Virus record (IMG/VR): IMGVR_UViG_3300044857_000324
Reading direction: 5' to 3' (one strand)
DNA: 36,161 nt
Source of the DNA: a virus
Shown: piece by piece, positions 1-8,597 of the stretch
How positions within the stretch are numbered: position 1 is the first letter of the stretch
Layout of the letters: each line of letters starts with the position of its first letter
The notes under the pieces: generated by a model
Told to the model about the DNA's origin: nothing
Database searches by the model: none
Seen by the model: only the letters and a program-made list of their open reading frames with translations
Made by a program: the position numbers and the translations under genes

Positions 1-2
1 AG

Positions 3-329
3 ACCATTGCTATCGGGATGGCTGCCTCCATGGCATCCGTTCTGTTGGCATGTGGGACCAAGGGCAAGCGGTTCGCACTGCCTAACTCCGAGGTTCTGAT
101 TCACCAGCCACTCGGTGGTGCCCAGGGTCAGCAGACCGAAATCGAAATTGCTGCTCAGCAGATCGGTAAGGCACGTGAAAAGTTGACCAAGATGCTCGCT
201 GATGCTTCTGGTCAGGACATCGAAAAGGTGAAGAAGGACACTGAACGTGATCACTACCTCACCGCACAGGAAGCCAAGGACTACGGGCTGATTGACGATG
301 TGCTCACAACTAAGAAAGACGCGAAGTAA
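3..329 (+). CDS. clpP: ATP-dependent Clp protease proteolytic subunit, C-terminal part (gene starts before window)
   Basis: Frame open from base 3: [39 protein letters not shown]...[20 protein letters not shown], the characteristic ClpP C-terminus including the catalytic His context (IHQPLGG). Confidence 0.97.
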   Translation, partial: TIAIGMAASMASVLLACGTKGKRFALPNSEVLIHQPLGGAQGQQTEIEIAAQQIGKAREKLTKMLADASGQDIEKVKKDTERDHYLTAQEAKDYGLIDDVLTTKKDAK

Positions 330-337
330 TTAATCGC

Positions 338-370
338 CGAAAGCTCTGCGCGAATGCGTGGGGCTTTTTC
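338..370 (+). terminator. Rho-independent terminator of clpP
   Basis: AAAGCTCTGCGC-GAAT-GCGTGGGGCTTT stem (with G-U pairs) followed by T run, 10 bp after the clpP stop. Confidence 0.85.
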
Positions 371-540
371 TGTGGCCTTTTGTTGGTAAGCGGCGAGGGA
401 GGGCGATGGAGACACATGACTGCGAAACTACAACCGTCTATGGGGAAGTGCCATGTGCAAGCGAGAGGGGGAAACTTCAGGATAGTAGGATTTAGTATTG
501 CATTTTGTGCCCGTCTTCGATATTATAGTTAAGTACTTTT

Positions 541-612
541 GCGCGGTTAGTGTAATGGATCGCACGTGAGATTCCGGTTCTCGAAATCCGGGTTCGACTC
601 CCGGGCTGCGCA
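541..612 (+). tRNA. tRNA-Arg (anticodon CCG)
   Basis: Cloverleaf folds by hand: acceptor GCGCGGT/GCTGCGC, anticodon stem TGAGA/TCTCG with loop TTCCGGT (anticodon CCG), T arm CCGGG-TTCGACT-CCCGG, discriminator A. Confidence 0.9.
601..612 (+). repeat. attL core (12-bp direct repeat CCGGGCTGCGCA within the tRNA-Arg 3' end)
   Basis: Identical 12-mer at 35529..35540; integrase gene immediately adjacent. Confidence 0.8.
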
Positions 613-658
613 TATTACTTGGCTAAAAACCCACTGATATCAAGGCTTTCAGCTTACG

Positions 659-690
659 GCGTGCACGCAATGTGCACGCTATTTTTATTT
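659..690 (+). terminator. Hairpin followed by T-rich tract (possible rightward terminator converging on int)
   Basis: GCGTGCAC-GCAAT-GTGCACGC then TATTTTTATTTT; also contains two GTGCAC boxes. Confidence 0.5.
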
Positions 691-1854
691 TACTAGTGTA
701 AGTGCACCAGATTGTGCACCGAAATCAAGGGCTGCAATCGCCTTGTTTGCTTCTTGGGTTTCCAGTTCCTTGATGATATGACTATACACGTTTAGGGTGA
801 CACTAAATGATTTATGCCCTAGCCGCTGACTGATGTAGTAGACGGACACACCTTGATACAGCAAATATGACGCGTGCGTGTGCCGTAAGCCATGGAAGGA
901 TAAATCTAGTATATCTGGACGTATATTGTCTAAAGCCGCTAGGATGGCTCGTAGCGTCTTATTAGCGGCATTGTTCGTTGGTATCTGATTCCGGTTGTTC
1001 AAGAAGACTAGATTTAGTGGATTGGGGATGTATAGGCGTTTAAATGTCGCTATCTGCTGTGATTTTAAAATTCGCAGTACCTGCAGTAGTTCGTCATTCA
1101 CCTTGATGATGCGTTTAGACGTGAAGGTCTTGGTGTCCACAAATCCGGTTTTGAACTTATAATCATATGCTTTATTAATGCTGATTGTTTTGAACTGTTC
1201 GTTGATATCGTCCCAGGTGAGACCGGCTATTTCACTGAATCGACAGCCAGTATAAATAGCAGTGATAATCATGAACTTTGTAATGTGCTCAATGTTTAAA
1301 TCTGATTTGCAAGCAGTAAGGACAGACTGCATTTCATCAGCATTTAAATATTTGAGTTCACTGGACTTACTTTCCTTCTTGGAAGAGATAGTCACACCAT
1401 CAGTAAAATCTTTACGAATGATGTCGTTTTTCATGGCCTCTTTAGCTGCGGACCTGATGTGACCGTTTAGTTTGACCACAGTTTTACGAACATGATCAGT
1501 TCCATAATCAGTAATAAATTTCTGATACACGTCTGGATTCATGTCTTTGAACTTCACGTTTGGAAAATTATCGTGAATTACGCGAAGCGTATTTTCGTAC
1601 CAGACTTGCGTTGGTCGTTTTAGTTGAGGCTTTTTCTTTGTTTTATACCAGTCTGAAAAATATTTTTCGAACGTGACTGACGACTCAATTAATTCATCCC
1701 CGTCAAGTTTACGCACCTCGTTTTTGGCGGCCCAATATTCAGCCTCCTTTTTGGTTCGAAAACCACCTTTATTTTTCTGCTGACGAGTGCCAAAAATATC
1801 GATAAATGATACTCGAACAGTATATGTTTTTCCGCGTTTACGAATTGATGCCAT
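685..1854 (-). CDS. int: Tyrosine recombinase / phage integrase
   Basis: Arm-binding N-terminal region (FRTKKEAEYWA), core-binding region, catalytic motifs TGCRFSEIAGLTWDDI, LSFHGLRHTHASYLLYQG, ISQRLGHKS...YSH. Start taken at MASIRKRG (1854); track ORF extends to 1890. Confidence 0.95.
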   Translation of the reverse strand: MASIRKRGKTYTVRVSFIDIFGTRQQKNKGGFRTKKEAEYWAAKNEVRKLDGDELIESSVTFEKYFSDWYKTKKKPQLKRPTQVWYENTLRVIHDNFPNVKFKDMNPDVYQKFITDYGTDHVRKTVVKLNGHIRSAAKEAMKNDIIRKDFTDGVTISSKKESKSSELKYLNADEMQSVLTACKSDLNIEHITKFMIITAIYTGCRFSEIAGLTWDDINEQFKTISINKAYDYKFKTGFVDTKTFTSKRIIKVNDELLQVLRILKSQQIATFKRLYIPNPLNLVFLNNRNQIPTNNAANKTLRAILAALDNIRPDILDLSFHGLRHTHASYLLYQGVSVYYISQRLGHKSFSVTLNVYSHIIKELETQEANKAIAALDFGAQSGALTLVK

Positions 1855-2018
1855 GAGTTTATCCTCCATTTTGTGATAAAATGGGTACACAAAGAGCGCG
1901 TACCTATGTACGAGTTTTTAGTTGCTCATTCCTTGTTGATTGGTAGTCGGAGGGGATGAGCTTTCATTAAGCTTAAATGGTGACCGTTTTTCACGGATGA
2001 TGAAATTAGGTGAAATAA

Positions 2019-2660
2019 ATGATTGATACAGCTTTAGTAATCCAAACCGTCATTCTTTCTGGTGCTCTGGGTTATATGAATCTACAGATGCTACAAAATC
2101 GCAACGCGGTATCAGGGTATATGAGTTCGACTGACGCTAATTATTGGCGAATCCTGTGGGGTGTTGCAGATTACTTAATTTACCTTGCGGTTCAAACAAC
2201 TGCTTCTATCGTGTTCAAGCTGAAGTTCGAAATTAATCTGGCTAAGCTTCCTTCAGTATTGTCGGCAGTTCCAATCATCGCATATGCAATTATCACTGCA
2301 GCTATCTCGTGGGTAGTCGTCCTTATTTTTAGTAAAATTCGTAAGCATACAAGACCCGCTGGAAGTTCGGTTATTTTGTCAGTTAGAGAAACTGCATTTT
2401 CTGATTATGGAGATAACAGCGCAATTCGCGTGGACGTATTTGATTTTACTGGTACCCCAATCTGCTCAGGTTACTTGAAACAGTACGACAGTGAGATCAC
2501 TCTATCCGGCGATTTGCTGTTACATCCGCTTGAGAAAGATGATAAAGAGTTTACTTCGGAAACTGCTCTTATATTAGCCGGTGAGTACGAAAACCTGTAT
2601 GTTGATACTAAAAATAAATTAAAGGTCTATACGACGCCTACTTTTTGGGAGCAGGCTTAG
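2019..2660 (+). CDS. Hypothetical membrane protein with C-terminal soluble domain (moron-like)
   Basis: 213 aa; several hydrophobic segments in the first ~105 aa, then a beta-rich soluble domain. AGGTGAAATAAATG start region; own terminator at 2815..2837; lies between int and the repressor. Confidence 0.7.
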   Translation: MIDTALVIQTVILSGALGYMNLQMLQNRNAVSGYMSSTDANYWRILWGVADYLIYLAVQTTASIVFKLKFEINLAKLPSVLSAVPIIAYAIITAAISWVVVLIFSKIRKHTRPAGSSVILSVRETAFSDYGDNSAIRVDVFDFTGTPICSGYLKQYDSEITLSGDLLLHPLEKDDKEFTSETALILAGEYENLYVDTKNKLKVYTTPTFWEQA

Positions 2661-2814
2661 TAACTCCTGGTCGTGCCGGGGTTGTGTGAACTGACTTGCT
2701 TGGATCATTAGAAAATGTGTGCGTTTTTGGAAGCAATCGCTCCGGTGTACGTGGGCGGCTACTATCCGGTCGAGTATTGTTGTTAGTAGACATCTGAATA
2801 TCTCCTTAAATTGT

Positions 2815-2843
2815 CCTCGCTTTGGCGGGGCCTTTTTATTTTC
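2815..2843 (+). terminator. Rho-independent terminator
   Basis: CCTCGC-TTTG-GCGGGG followed by CCTTTTTATTTT. Confidence 0.7.
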
Positions 2844-2892
2844 AACAGCTTTTAACGTCGTTCCGATCTGGACGTTAATTTTTAAGCTGGTA

Positions 2893-3825
2893 TCAGTTTG
2901 TGTTTTTGTTGTGCCAATCTCCATCAGATTCTAAATCGTCCCAATACAAATTGTCACGTGCCTCAGCCAACATACTGAAAGCCTGTGAATCATCTCGACG
3001 GTACTGTCCTTTTAATCTTTGTTCACTATTGTAGGTGATAATTTTCTGCTTATGAATTCGATGTTGACGAAGATGAGGGTCAATAGTCTCTTCAGCTATT
3101 CGATTATTGTCGATGACTGCATCAGATATAGGTTTGGTTGTTGAGGAAATTCGGTCTGCTTTCTCCCAAAATGCAAAGAGTCGTTCAGGATCTCGTTCTG
3201 ATGGCTTTTTACTCAAATAATAATTTATCAAATGCTGACTATTCGTTTTTGAAATTCGAAACAGGTATTGAGTTTCTTGAACCATTCGGTATCGTAGCGC
3301 TTCATACGATATCATCTGGTGACTGTGAATAAAATATTTATCGCGACGAGTTTGCATGAGTGCATCTAGTACGTTGTATGGAAGAAGCAGGTAGGCTGCA
3401 AATTGATTTGCCCGAACATCTCGTGGGTTATTAGTATTCTCGAAGCTCATGCCCCGTTGTGTGTCGTAATTTGGATTTTCCTTAAGCCAGTCTATATCCA
3501 ATATTAAATGGCACAGTTCGTGGGCCATGGTGAATAGCTTTCGTTGAGGATTCGTGATCAGTTTGTTTATTGTGACGCTGATACCTAAGTTGTCTACAAT
3601 AGTAATTCCTAGACGTCCGCCGCTCATGTTTGCTTCAAATACAGTATCACTTAATTTATTCAGTTCTGCGATAATGAATGGCTCAGCATTGTAATACTCA
3701 GCAATCATTTGATGGGATGGCCAGGTATTAACTCCGCCATGTGAGGGGATCATCATCCGTTCCAAAATTGCAATTTCAATCAGTTGGGCAGTCGAGATTC
3801 CTCTATGATAATCAAATTTTGCCAT
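2893..3825 (-). CDS. ImmA/IrrE-family metallo-endopeptidase
   Basis: Zinc protease motif MAHELCHLILD and downstream RANQFAAYLLLP, adjacent to an XRE repressor. Start taken at MAKFDYHRG (3825). Confidence 0.9.
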   Translation of the reverse strand: MAKFDYHRGISTAQLIEIAILERMMIPSHGGVNTWPSHQMIAEYYNAEPFIIAELNKLSDTVFEANMSGGRLGITIVDNLGISVTINKLITNPQRKLFTMAHELCHLILDIDWLKENPNYDTQRGMSFENTNNPRDVRANQFAAYLLLPYNVLDALMQTRRDKYFIHSHQMISYEALRYRMVQETQYLFRISKTNSQHLINYYLSKKPSERDPERLFAFWEKADRISSTTKPISDAVIDNNRIAEETIDPHLRQHRIHKQKIITYNSEQRLKGQYRRDDSQAFSMLAEARDNLYWDDLESDGDWHNKNTN

Positions 3826-4195
3826 CACGTTTCTCCCTAAGGCGACGCGCACGTATTTCCATAATGTCGGTCAATTCGTCCTTCAAGTCCTGTTGCTCAG
3901 ATTCAGTAAGATTATGTTGGTTTGTTACTGAACGAAAGAGTGCACCAATCTGAGAGGCGTTCTGGTTGGTGGGTGAAGAGTTAGATTTGGTTACTGCGGG
4001 GGTATCGGTGTTGCCCAGCAAGTAGTCAACACTGACGTTAAAATATTTCGCAACTGATTGCACTTTATCTACACCAGGTGTTTTTCGTTTCCAACTATAA
4101 AGATATCCCCGAGCAAAACCTAGTTCTGATTCTAGCTGGTTTATCGAAAGATCTCTTTTTTTCGCCAGCTCTTTAATGCGGTCCAATGTAGTCAT
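3812..4195 (-). CDS. XRE-family HTH transcriptional regulator, CI-like repressor
   Basis: RIKELAKKRDLSINQLESELGFARGYLYSWKRKTPGVDKVQSVAKYFNVSVDYLLGNT: HTH_3 fold; divergent from the early genes. Confidence 0.9.
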   Translation of the reverse strand: MTTLDRIKELAKKRDLSINQLESELGFARGYLYSWKRKTPGVDKVQSVAKYFNVSVDYLLGNTDTPAVTKSNSSPTNQNASQIGALFRSVTNQHNLTESEQQDLKDELTDIMEIRARRLREKRDGKI

Positions 4196-4250
4196 TAGTA
4201 CGCTCCTAAGGCCTACAAAAATAAAATTAAACTTTCGAACGTAAAAGGTG

Positions 4251-4279
4251 TTGACTTACGTTCTTTAGAACGCTAATAT
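4251..4279 (+). promoter_or_regulatory. Early rightward promoter with embedded operator
   Basis: TTGACT (4251..4256), 17-nt spacer, TAATAT (4274..4279); perfect palindrome CGTTC-TTTA-GAACG (4259..4272) between the boxes. Confidence 0.75.
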
Positions 4280-4482
4280 CATTCTTGTAAGTTAATTGAT
4301 TTCACGAACCACCTTCACATTACATGTGCGCCGTTGAAACGTTGGTAGCGGAAAAACAGCGCCACATAAGGCTATGTGCGGTTTATTTTCTATACGCATA
4401 GATTAAACTTTAGAACGTAACGTGTCAACGGTTTTTGTGAATTTAATTTACTTTTGAACACAAATGAAGGGAGATGGATTAA

Positions 4483-4668
4483 ATGTCGCAGGAATTGAAG
4501 ACTCAGGTAAAAGTTGCTTTTGCTCTGCAAGACCGGAATCAACGGTGGCTTGCTAAGGAACTTGATATTAACGAAAGCCAACTGTCCGACATCTTGAATG
4601 GTAAACGGCACGGCAAGAAAACGGATGAGTACATTCAACGTATCAAGCAGATTCTGGCTATCAAGTAG
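4483..4668 (+). CDS. Small HTH protein, Cro-like
   Basis: 61 aa; DRNQRWLAKELDINESQLSDILNGKR is an HTH signature; first rightward gene after the divergent promoter. Confidence 0.75.
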   Translation: MSQELKTQVKVAFALQDRNQRWLAKELDINESQLSDILNGKRHGKKTDEYIQRIKQILAIK

Positions 4669-4680
4669 GGAGGTGGTTAC

Positions 4681-4866
4681 ATGGACGTTCAGATTTTGTT
4701 TTACGAACTTAACGGCAAGAACGTGCCAATACTTGTAAGCAATGTTGACAATGCCGAATTCATAGAACCGTCTGATGCACAAAAACAGGCCATTTACGAG
4801 GAATGGCCTGAGGCAAAAGGGCATTTGAAAATGTTGTGGCAAGGTGTCGTTTTTAGTCTTGATTAA
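4681..4866 (+). CDS. Hypothetical protein
   Basis: 61 aa, preceded by AGGGAGGTGG; directly follows the Cro-like gene. Confidence 0.6.
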   Translation: MDVQILFYELNGKNVPILVSNVDNAEFIEPSDAQKQAIYEEWPEAKGHLKMLWQGVVFSLD

Positions 4867-5246
4867 GCTGGTGGCAAACCAACCATTTCGCGTAGCTTAG
4901 TTTTACCAAGCTCAACTGCAATGGATAAAGACATGCTAGCGATTCCTTTACCAGCTTTCTTTACAGCGGACCAAACTTTATCGTCGCGAATGTTATCCAA
5001 GTATTCATGACCTGAATAGGTTAAATTACCGGCGTTAATCCAATACACCCTATTACTGGCTCCTTTAACGTTTCCGGTAATTAAGTCACCTTCAGATAAC
5101 TTGGTAACCATGTACGCCAGTTCTTCGCGATTCAAGTCGTTCTCCTTAGCGAATTGGTTGGCCTCAACTTCGCTTAGCCCATGAATGTCTGTCGAGTCCT
5201 CAATGGCAATCAAGAATTTACGAACTTTATCATGATCCAATTTCAT
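4863..5246 (-). CDS. DUF2513-like protein
   Basis: 127 aa, MKLDHDKVRKFLIAIEDS...LSEGDLITGNVKGASNRVYWINAGNLTYSGHEYLDNIRDDKVWSAVKK resembles DUF2513; SD AAGGAGG on the minus strand. Confidence 0.75.
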   Translation of the reverse strand: MKLDHDKVRKFLIAIEDSTDIHGLSEVEANQFAKENDLNREELAYMVTKLSEGDLITGNVKGASNRVYWINAGNLTYSGHEYLDNIRDDKVWSAVKKAGKGIASMSLSIAVELGKTKLREMVGLPPA

Positions 5247-5299
5247 TTTTTACACCTCCTTCCATGGAGGAATTATCGCACAGAAATAGAGGTGATTAC

Positions 5300-5638
5300 A
5301 TGCAGGGCGTACAACTTATCCAGCCAATGGAAGACCAGGTGTTTCTAGTTACGGCAGACGAACTTGCTAACTTACGTAAAAAGTCCGCAGCTGCGATGCA
5401 CGAATCATTGTTGGGCGTGCGCTGGGGCATTAAGGACATCATAGAGCGACTTGATGGATATAACCGGTACTCACTCATGCAGCGGGTTCTGATTCCAAAC
5501 AAGGAGCGCTTAATGGACTACGGTGCAGTGCTGGCCTGGTCTAATGATCGTCGCGGTAAGTATGCATTTCGGGCTACTAAGATGGCGCAATGGCTGGAAG
5601 ACAATTTGGAACAAATTACCCAAGGAGGTTGGGAATGA
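5300..5638 (+). CDS. DUF771-like phage protein
   Basis: MQGVQLIQPMEDQVFLVTADELANLRKKS...YSLMQRVLIPNKERLMDYGAVLAWSNDRRGKYAFRATKMAQWLEDN; start at ATG 5300 with SD GAGGTG. Confidence 0.7.
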   Translation: MQGVQLIQPMEDQVFLVTADELANLRKKSAAAMHESLLGVRWGIKDIIERLDGYNRYSLMQRVLIPNKERLMDYGAVLAWSNDRRGKYAFRATKMAQWLEDNLEQITQGGWE

Positions 5639-5751
5639 TGTGGATTATTGGACACGAGCAAACCGTATGGGGCCTTATCATTGCGCTAGGACTTGGTGTT
5701 GTGATTGGCCTTGGTGCTAATGGACGCTGGCGTACCTGGTTTGAGTTTTAG
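5635..5751 (+). CDS. Small single-TM protein (38 aa), not in the ORF track
   Basis: MMWIIGHEQTVWGLIIALGLGVVIGLGANGRWRTWFEF; SD AGGAGGT upstream; start overlaps the previous stop. Confidence 0.6.
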   Translation: MMWIIGHEQTVWGLIIALGLGVVIGLGANGRWRTWFEF

Positions 5752-5759
5752 GAGGTCGC

Positions 5760-5951
5760 TTGCAGTCAGCAATTTTCTTACGTGGCATATCAGTCGTTGA
5801 GCTAGGTGAGTTATCAGGTGTCAACACGACAACAATCTATGCATATATCCACAACAAAAATATGCCACAGCCGTATAACCTGAATCGATTGGCAACAGTC
5901 TTGGAGGTAAGTGCCTATTGGTTGATGAATGGGGATGATAACAATGAATGA
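5760..5951 (+). CDS. Small HTH (XRE-like) protein
   Basis: ISVVELGELSGVNTTTIYAYIHNKNMPQPYNLNRLATVLEVSAYWLMNG. Confidence 0.7.
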   Translation: MQSAIFLRGISVVELGELSGVNTTTIYAYIHNKNMPQPYNLNRLATVLEVSAYWLMNGDDNNE

Positions 5952-6123
5952 TGAATCAACAGTTTTAACGGTAGCATTAGCATTTACCAAAATTGATTCA
6001 AAAAGTGCTGAGGCTGCGTTAGCAAAATTAATTGACCAGCACTTTGACGGGGATGATGAACTGGTGGCTGACTCGTTAATGAATGCGTATAGGACGGTTA
6101 CCGGTCACGAATTTGAATTATAG
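5947..6123 (+). CDS. Hypothetical protein
   Basis: MNDESTVLTVALAFTKIDSKSAEAALAKLIDQ...; overlaps the previous ORF (AATGA). Start taken downstream of the track start. Confidence 0.5.
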   Translation, partial: NDESTVLTVALAFTKIDSKSAEAALAKLIDQHFDGDDELVADSLMNAYRTVTGHEFEL

Positions 6124-6126
6124 AGG

Positions 6127-7386
6127 GTGGACAAGATAGCAGAGATTAAGCTGTTTCCACACCAAGTGCAAGCATTAGTTGATACAGAGCAGTTCGACAA
6201 TGTGGCGTATTACCTTGATATGGGTTTGGGCAAAACATTCGTAGGATCCGAACGCCTCTGGGAATACAACACACCGTACAACCTGGTCATTTGCCAGAAG
6301 TCCAAGATTGCTGATTGGGTTCAACATTTTCGGACCTATTACGGCGATGACTACAAGACAGTGGTTTATACCGGCCAGCCGCTAGATAAGATTCCAGCTG
6401 ATTCTGTATTGGTCATTAACTACGAATCTGTATGGCGAAAACCGGACTTGCTTAGACTACGTGATTTTACGCTGATGCTCGATGAATCATCGAAAATCAA
6501 GAACGAAACGTCGAAAGTAACCAAGTTTGTTCTTGGGTTAAAACCAGACCATGTGATTCTACTGAGTGGGACACCCACCGGTGGCAAGTACGAAGAACTT
6601 TGGAGCCAGTGCCGCTTGCTTGGCTGGAATATCAACAAGTACAAATTTTTGAGCAGATACACCAACCGCGTATGGAATCCCATTTTTTCTTGCTTTGAGG
6701 TACACGGCTATCGCCATATCGATGAGCTGAAACATGAACTGCGGAAACACGGTGCAGTCTTTACTAAGACAGACGAAGTGTTTGACCTGCCAGGGCAGAA
6801 CCATATCACTATCGACGTTAAATCAACGCGTGATTACAAGACGTTTGCAGCTGATCACTATCTAGTGCGTAACGGCGAAGCGCTGATTGGTGATACGTCG
6901 ATGGGTGCGAAGCTGATTCTGCGCAAACTAGCCGGTGTATGGAACGTGAACAAGCTGCGCGTATTCAATGAACTACTCGAATCCACAGCAGATAGGTTAA
7001 TCGTGTTTTACAACTTCAAGGCTGAGTACGAAGAGTTAGCCAAGATAGTACACAAGCACAAACGGCCGTTAAGTACGATGAATGGCAGTCTGAAGGATAT
7101 GACGGCCTATGAGCAGGTTAGCAATAGCGTGACGCTGGTGCAGTATCAGAGCGGTGCGATGGGTCTAAATTTGCAAAAGGCCAACAAGATTGTGTATTTC
7201 ACGCTTACGGACAAGTCAGAACTGTTTGAACAGTCCAAGAAGCGAATACACCGCATCGGTCAGGACCGCCCGTGCTTTTACTACTATCTGATGACTAAAG
7301 GAAGTATTGAACCAAAAATGTTAGCCACACTGAAAATGCGGCGAGACTACACAGATAAATTATTCGAGAAGGAGGAAATGACGTGA
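6127..7386 (+). CDS. SNF2-type DEAD/DEAH-box helicase
   Basis: Walker A YLDMGLGKTFVGSE, motif II LMLDESSKIKN, motif III LLSGTPTGGKYEELW, C-terminal KSKKRIHRIGQDRP. Confidence 0.93.
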   Translation: MDKIAEIKLFPHQVQALVDTEQFDNVAYYLDMGLGKTFVGSERLWEYNTPYNLVICQKSKIADWVQHFRTYYGDDYKTVVYTGQPLDKIPADSVLVINYESVWRKPDLLRLRDFTLMLDESSKIKNETSKVTKFVLGLKPDHVILLSGTPTGGKYEELWSQCRLLGWNINKYKFLSRYTNRVWNPIFSCFEVHGYRHIDELKHELRKHGAVFTKTDEVFDLPGQNHITIDVKSTRDYKTFAADHYLVRNGEALIGDTSMGAKLILRKLAGVWNVNKLRVFNELLESTADRLIVFYNFKAEYEELAKIVHKHKRPLSTMNGSLKDMTAYEQVSNSVTLVQYQSGAMGLNLQKANKIVYFTLTDKSELFEQSKKRIHRIGQDRPCFYYYLMTKGSIEPKMLATLKMRRDYTDKLFEKEEMT

Positions 7387-7676
7387 TCAATAAATTTGAA
7401 ACGAAAACAGCCCCACGCGATGAGCAAGAAACAGTGCTCAGTTACCAGGGCTGGAATGACACATGGAAGTTCTATTCCAATACCCCGAAACACATTCGTA
7501 AGTGGCGCGCCTTGGTAATGCCTACCGCTGAAGGCTACAACGAACTAGGAAACCTTGTAAGTCTTACCGGTACGATTACAGGCGCAAGCGTCCGTATCGC
7601 GAAACAGCGCGTTTTAACGCCTGAACAGAGAGAGCTGGCGGCACGTCGGTTAGCGGAGGCGCGGAATGGAAAGTAA
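7383..7676 (+). CDS. Hypothetical protein in the replication operon
   Basis: 97 aa; 4-nt start/stop overlaps with neighbours. Confidence 0.6.
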   Translation: MINKFETKTAPRDEQETVLSYQGWNDTWKFYSNTPKHIRKWRALVMPTAEGYNELGNLVSLTGTITGASVRIAKQRVLTPEQRELAARRLAEARNGK

Positions 7677-8325
7677 GTTATCCGTGTTTGATGAAGTATT
7701 AGCTGAACTGGCGTATGCAATCAGCGATAATGATCGTCTCACGGGGGCCCAAATTGATGCCCAAATGAGCGAGCTCCGTAACCGATACAACGCGGCCAGT
7801 AGCAAAGAACTGGAGCCTAATAAGTGTGTGTACTGTCATAACGTACCAATGCAAGCTGACTTGCTGTATACAGACGTCGATGTGAAGACAATCGTTTATG
7901 TAGAAAACGAAATGCTGCATCTTGAAAGTGCAAGCATGTTGCGGTTAATATCGGGTTTTGCCCAGCTTGTGGGAGGGACTTACATGCCAAAACAGACTGA
8001 AGGACAGTTCCAGGCGCAAGTAATTAACTACCTTAAGGAACAGGGTGTGTGGTACGTAAAATATTGGGCTGGTGGGCGCTTCACCAAAGAAGGTGTGCCC
8101 GACATCATCGCGCTAATTGATGGGACACTACATGGCATTGAGCTTAAAAGCGATGGGACCAGCTACAACGAAACCAAGCTGCAGGCATTCAATCTTGACA
8201 GCATTAACTATGATGGTGGTCAAGGATATGTACTGCGACCCACGACAAAACCCAAGGTAAAGCACCCCGAGTTTAACTACTACTGCATGACTTTTGATGA
8301 GTGGAAACGGCGGTGGTTCGAATGA
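7666..8325 (+). CDS. VRR-NUC domain nuclease
   Basis: C-terminal half QAQVINYLKEQGVWYVKYWAGGRFTKEGVPDIIALIDGTLHGIELKSDGTSYNETKLQAFNLDSI matches the VRR-NUC layout (G-x-PD...ELK). Confidence 0.85.
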   Translation: MESKLSVFDEVLAELAYAISDNDRLTGAQIDAQMSELRNRYNAASSKELEPNKCVYCHNVPMQADLLYTDVDVKTIVYVENEMLHLESASMLRLISGFAQLVGGTYMPKQTEGQFQAQVINYLKEQGVWYVKYWAGGRFTKEGVPDIIALIDGTLHGIELKSDGTSYNETKLQAFNLDSINYDGGQGYVLRPTTKPKVKHPEFNYYCMTFDEWKRRWFE

Positions 8326-8597
8326 GCTTATTAGAAGATTGGAAAGGCGGATTTACATTACAGTTTGACCGGAATCCGATGTTTGACGAAGAGTGGTTGC
8401 TCGATGACCGGTATTCCACGGAAGCAAGTCTGTACTTTATCGGTTATGATGCAAATCTCTATCCGTTACCAGATTTAAGTAAACTACCTGCAAAACACCG
8501 TCAAGAGGTAGTGAATAAAGCTAAGCACCGATTACGTGATGTGAATGCCACAATCTACCTGGATGACGTAAAGATACAGGACGGTGATGGTGAATGA
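8301..8597 (+). CDS. Hypothetical protein
   Basis: 98 aa, translationally coupled to neighbours. Confidence 0.55.
   Translation: METAVVRMSLLEDWKGGFTLQFDRNPMFDEEWLLDDRYSTEASLYFIGYDANLYPLPDLSKLPAKHRQEVVNKAKHRLRDVNATIYLDDVKIQDGDGE

Noticed and set aside
428-613. Minus-strand ORF over the tRNA-Arg region
   Set aside because: Overlaps the tRNA; translated tRNA sequence (MRSPGVEPGF...) is a common annotation artefact.
661-719. GTGCAC repeats as a possible CRISPR array
   Set aside because: Units are only 6-8 bp, spacing is 11-12 nt, and they recur near attR; integrase arm sites fit better.
1262-1462. Plus-strand ORF inside int
   Set aside because: Antisense to catalytic-domain coding sequence, no support.
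2619-2934. Overlapping ORFs 2619..2924 (-) and 2719..2934 (+)
   Set aside because: Lie over a terminator and convergent intergenic DNA; no motifs.
2893-4195. ImmA protease plus XRE regulator as a type II toxin-antitoxin pair
   Set aside because: HELCH metalloprotease next to a CI-like repressor at the lysis/lysogeny switch is the standard phage repressor/anti-repressor arrangement.
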